DNA of 64,000 nucleotides from Campylobacterota bacterium. Lineage in GTDB: Bacteria > Campylobacterota > Campylobacteria > Campylobacterales > Arcobacteraceae. The notes under the pieces are model-generated. The model ran no database searches, was not told the origin of the DNA, and saw nothing but the letters and a program-made list of their open reading frames with translations. Shown in pieces: positions 61,040 to 64,000 of the stretch. Where the stretch lies: assembly GCA_051746405.1 (NCBI GenBank), contig JBNJFB010000005.1, positions 9,914-73,913 of the forward strand. The letters run 5' to 3'. Each line of letters opens with the position of its first letter. Within the stretch, counting starts at the first letter, position 1. The translations under genes were made by a program, and so were the position numbers.

Positions 61040-63853
61040 CTATTTTCCTATCTTATTATTTAAATTATTCTTCTTAAATAACTCTTGAGTTTTTTGAACT
61101 TTTCTAATTATTGGTTGGTTTCTTTTAATAAAATCTGGTAAATTCTCTACAACTTCTTTTGCTTTCTCATAGCTTTCATATACCCCATACATAATCATAG
61201 CTTGACCTGCTGTTGTTTGTACTACTACCGTATCATTTTCTAAATAGTTCTTATCAATATATTCAACACCCTTACTCATAGTAGGTAAGCTTGCAATATG
61301 TATAGAGTAGCTACCTGGGGATGCATCTAAAAACTTAGATATAGTATCTTTATTTGCTAGAGGATATAACTCTTCTAAACTCTCTTTTGTATTTTCTTTT
61401 GTTTCAAGCTCTTTTACTTCTTTTTCTTCTTTTACTTTCTCTTTTGTCTCTTTATCGATTTTTGAAGACTTAACATACTCATACTCTACTTCTTTTTCTT
61501 CTTTTTTATTAAAATCTATATTTTCATTATATAGAGTGTGAACAGAGTCTATATCTTCAACAATTGGGAAGATATTATCACCTTTAATACCTTTGAATTG
61601 AATATAGTTTTTAGCTTCATCATACTCTTCAAAAACTCCATAAACAAGCTTATATAGACTTCCATTCTCTCCATACTTAAAGAAAAATGATTTATTATAG
61701 ATATCATTCTGTTTTATAATATCTTCCACATCATTTAAATTTGTAAATGATGAAATATTTATAGTATATTTGTCTTTATTAGCAGTTAAAAACTTCTGTT
61801 TAAACTCTTCATTAACTTTAAAGAGTTTTTTTTCAACTGGTTTTAAATACCTATTTACAACTATCTCTTTTACTTTTACTTCTATTTTAGGCTTAGGTTT
61901 TTCTACTTTTAGACCACTTATATACTCATAGTAAAGCTTTCTTAAATCTTCTACACTTACTATCTCATACTCTTTTGAAATATCCACATTTTTCATTCTT
62001 TTTAAGTAGTCTTGTGCCTGTTGCTTTTCTTTGAAGTTATTATGCACAATAACTGTTTTTATATCAAAATCATCAACCACATCAAATACCAATGAATTAT
62101 CTTCGATTTCTAACTTTCTAATATACTTAAATGACTCAAAAATATTTTTAAATGTTCCTATTTTTATCATGAAACTATTTTCATCAAAATTTAAAAACTT
62201 TTTAGTATATTCATCCATAGCCTCATCTAAAGATACATTTTTACCAAGCAGTCTTAGTTGTGGCTCTTGAATGTTTTTTATCTCTTGAGTATCATTTAAA
62301 TTATCATTAGTTAAATTATCATCTTCTAAACTATCATCTTTATCTAAAATATCTTTTTTACTCTCTTGTTTTTGCTCTTTATCCTCTAAGTTTTTAAAAT
62401 TAACACCACTATTTTTATCTAAATTTCCTATATAGTCACTATTTGAAAAATCCAAATACTTCTGACTATTTGCATCAATCTCAAAGAACTCAGTTAATTT
62501 ACCTGTTAGTTGTAAAATATTAAATAATGAGTTTATATACTCTTTTTCAAACTTCACAAGCTCTTTTTCTGCTGTATTTAGCTGTCTTTGTCCCTGAAGT
62601 AATGCAGGCAAATCTTGCTCACCTAGTTTAAACTCATCCCAATAAGAACTAACCATTTTTCTAGAAGAGATAATCTCATTTTTTGTGCTTTCCAAAGCTT
62701 GTGATACTGAATCAACTGATGTATATAGTTTTGATAAGTTCCATTTTATTTTTTTCTTTTCCTCTTCTAGCTTGTAGTTTAAATCTCTAATCTTACTACT
62801 AACTTCAAGAATCTTATTCTCATCTCTACCACCCTTATAAAGGTTGTATTTTAGCTTTACTTTTCCATTTACTCTATCTTCATGCTCTACCATATCTTCT
62901 TGATTTAATACTTTTTTATAAGATATTTCAAAATCAACTGTTGGCTTAAAAGCAGCTTGGGCTTTTTTTATATTATACTTCTCTGCTTCAATTGTTTTAT
63001 AATAGTTAATCAAATCCCTATTATTCTCTAAAGCTTTTTTATAAATCTTATCAAAATCTTTTACTTCAATATCAAAATATTTCTCATAAGGCATTGTTTT
63101 TTTAAACTTTTCACCTACAATATACTCATAATACCTCAAAGACTCTATAAATTTTGATTTTACTCTCACAAGTTTAGTCATGGCATTTGCAAAGCTTGCT
63201 TTTATTGATGTTAAATCACCAATTGAAGCAGCACCATTGTCATACTTCAAAGTTACTATATCAAGTATTTTTTGAAGCTTTTTCATATTTCTTTCATTTA
63301 CCATTACAGTACGCTTTGCAAAAACCACGTCAAAGTAGGCTTTAATAGCTTTTTTTATCTCTTTTTGAAGTTGAATATCATACTTATTTTGGGCAACTTC
63401 AAACTTTTTTATTACACTCTTTACATTTTTATCTATACTTCCACCTGAGTATAAATTTTGTCTTAATACAAATCTATAGTTTCTATCATTAAAATATTTA
63501 TACTCTTTATCTTCATCTCCACTTGGTGTAAGCTGTGTTCTTCCAAAATCATACTGAAAGTCCAAAGTTGGGTAGTGTTGAGATATGGCATTTCTAACTC
63601 TTATTTCATACTGAATTACTTGTTCTCTTGCAGACTTTAAAACATCACTTCTTGAAACAGTCTCTAAAACCACATCTATTAATTTAACTTTTTTATATTT
63701 TGTAGTATCAATTGAGTCTTTATATTTATCAGGCTTTGGCTTTTTTTTAGTTCTATCTTCTGTTTTTTTAGCATCTACTTTAATATCACTTGTAGCACTA
63801 AATGAGTTAGTAAAAAACAATAATAAAACTGTTACTATAAATACTTTTTTCAC
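61040..63853 (-). CDS. TolC-family outer-membrane protein with a long C-terminal extension bearing SPOR-like repeats
   Basis: OEP motifs (YPTLDF, LRQNLYSGG, AYFDV, YNLYKGG), then repeats of the form YxIxIxSF...YGVxE.YxxAK. Confidence 0.8.
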   Translation of the reverse strand: MKKVFIVTVLLLFFTNSFSATSDIKVDAKKTEDRTKKKPKPDKYKDSIDTTKYKKVKLIDVVLETVSRSDVLKSAREQVIQYEIRVRNAISQHYPTLDFQYDFGRTQLTPSGDEDKEYKYFNDRNYRFVLRQNLYSGGSIDKNVKSVIKKFEVAQNKYDIQLQKEIKKAIKAYFDVVFAKRTVMVNERNMKKLQKILDIVTLKYDNGAASIGDLTSIKASFANAMTKLVRVKSKFIESLRYYEYIVGEKFKKTMPYEKYFDIEVKDFDKIYKKALENNRDLINYYKTIEAEKYNIKKAQAAFKPTVDFEISYKKVLNQEDMVEHEDRVNGKVKLKYNLYKGGRDENKILEVSSKIRDLNYKLEEEKKKIKWNLSKLYTSVDSVSQALESTKNEIISSRKMVSSYWDEFKLGEQDLPALLQGQRQLNTAEKELVKFEKEYINSLFNILQLTGKLTEFFEIDANSQKYLDFSNSDYIGNLDKNSGVNFKNLEDKEQKQESKKDILDKDDSLEDDNLTNDNLNDTQEIKNIQEPQLRLLGKNVSLDEAMDEYTKKFLNFDENSFMIKIGTFKNIFESFKYIRKLEIEDNSLVFDVVDDFDIKTVIVHNNFKEKQQAQDYLKRMKNVDISKEYEIVSVEDLRKLYYEYISGLKVEKPKPKIEVKVKEIVVNRYLKPVEKKLFKVNEEFKQKFLTANKDKYTINISSFTNLNDVEDIIKQNDIYNKSFFFKYGENGSLYKLVYGVFEEYDEAKNYIQFKGIKGDNIFPIVEDIDSVHTLYNENIDFNKKEEKEVEYEYVKSSKIDKETKEKVKEEKEVKELETKENTKESLEELYPLANKDTISKFLDASPGSYSIHIASLPTMSKGVEYIDKNYLENDTVVVQTTAGQAMIMYGVYESYEKAKEVVENLPDFIKRNQPIIRKVQKTQELFKKNNLNNKIGK

Positions 63854-64000
63854 TATTTTTTAATCCTAATTACTAAATATCCATTCTCTTTGTTAAACTG
63901 CCCTTCAACATCAGTACTTGCTAAAAGATCAATTCTCACATCTTTTTTTTCATAACCAAACTTTCTTATTAAGTTTCTAGCTCCTATTGACCTTGCCAAT
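63853..64000 (-). CDS. 3' end of a hypothetical protein (partial, continues beyond the window)
   Basis: Open minus-strand frame ...LARSIGARNLIRKFGYEKKDVRIDLLASTDVEGQFNKENGYLVIRIKK*, whose TAG overlaps the TolC GTG start. Confidence 0.65.
   Translation of the reverse strand, partial: LARSIGARNLIRKFGYEKKDVRIDLLASTDVEGQFNKENGYLVIRIKK

Noticed and set aside
2582..62270. Numerous 60-153 aa ORFs in the track that overlap larger genes (e.g. 24105..24566, 6899..7213, 43114..43350)
   Set aside because: Antisense or alternate-frame shadows of well-supported genes, with no motifs or ribosome-binding sites.
1..64000. CRISPR array, rRNA or prophage genes
   Set aside because: No regularly spaced repeat-spacer pattern, rRNA-like stretch or phage structural genes were seen.

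Overview
AT-rich chromosomal window from a Campylobacterota bacterium, most likely Arcobacteraceae (inferred from protein content and the aroB-mscS-mtaB-FtsH-like-bioV-mog order). The left ~23 kb is mostly housekeeping and accessory: thiI, a two-component trio, an HxlR/MdaB/nitroreductase unit, dsbC, N5-carboxyethyl-ornithine synthase, an ATPase-nuclease gene flanked by a 73-bp duplication of the dapE 3' end, and mutS2. The central block (~26.7-55.3 kb) interleaves three things: an all-GH57 glycogen/alpha-glucan pathway (glgA, three GH57 enzymes, phosphorylase, GalT-like enzyme, NDP-sugar pyrophosphorylase fusion), Embden-Meyerhof genes (ROK kinase, pgi, pfkA, fbaA, gap, pgk, eno) and a complete HoxEFUYH(+W) bidirectional NAD(P)-linked [NiFe]-hydrogenase. 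Eight promoters in this block carry the same 17-bp direct-repeat box (TGTAAY-N5-WGTDHY; seven clear, one weaker) exactly 10 bp upstream of a -10 hexamer. This suggests one co-regulated glycogen-to-H2 fermentation module. An atypical tRNA-Glu (C at position 37) lies just to its right, followed by a TolC-SPOR fusion and a LapD-like locus. All calls come from reading the sequence by eye; no database searches were run.
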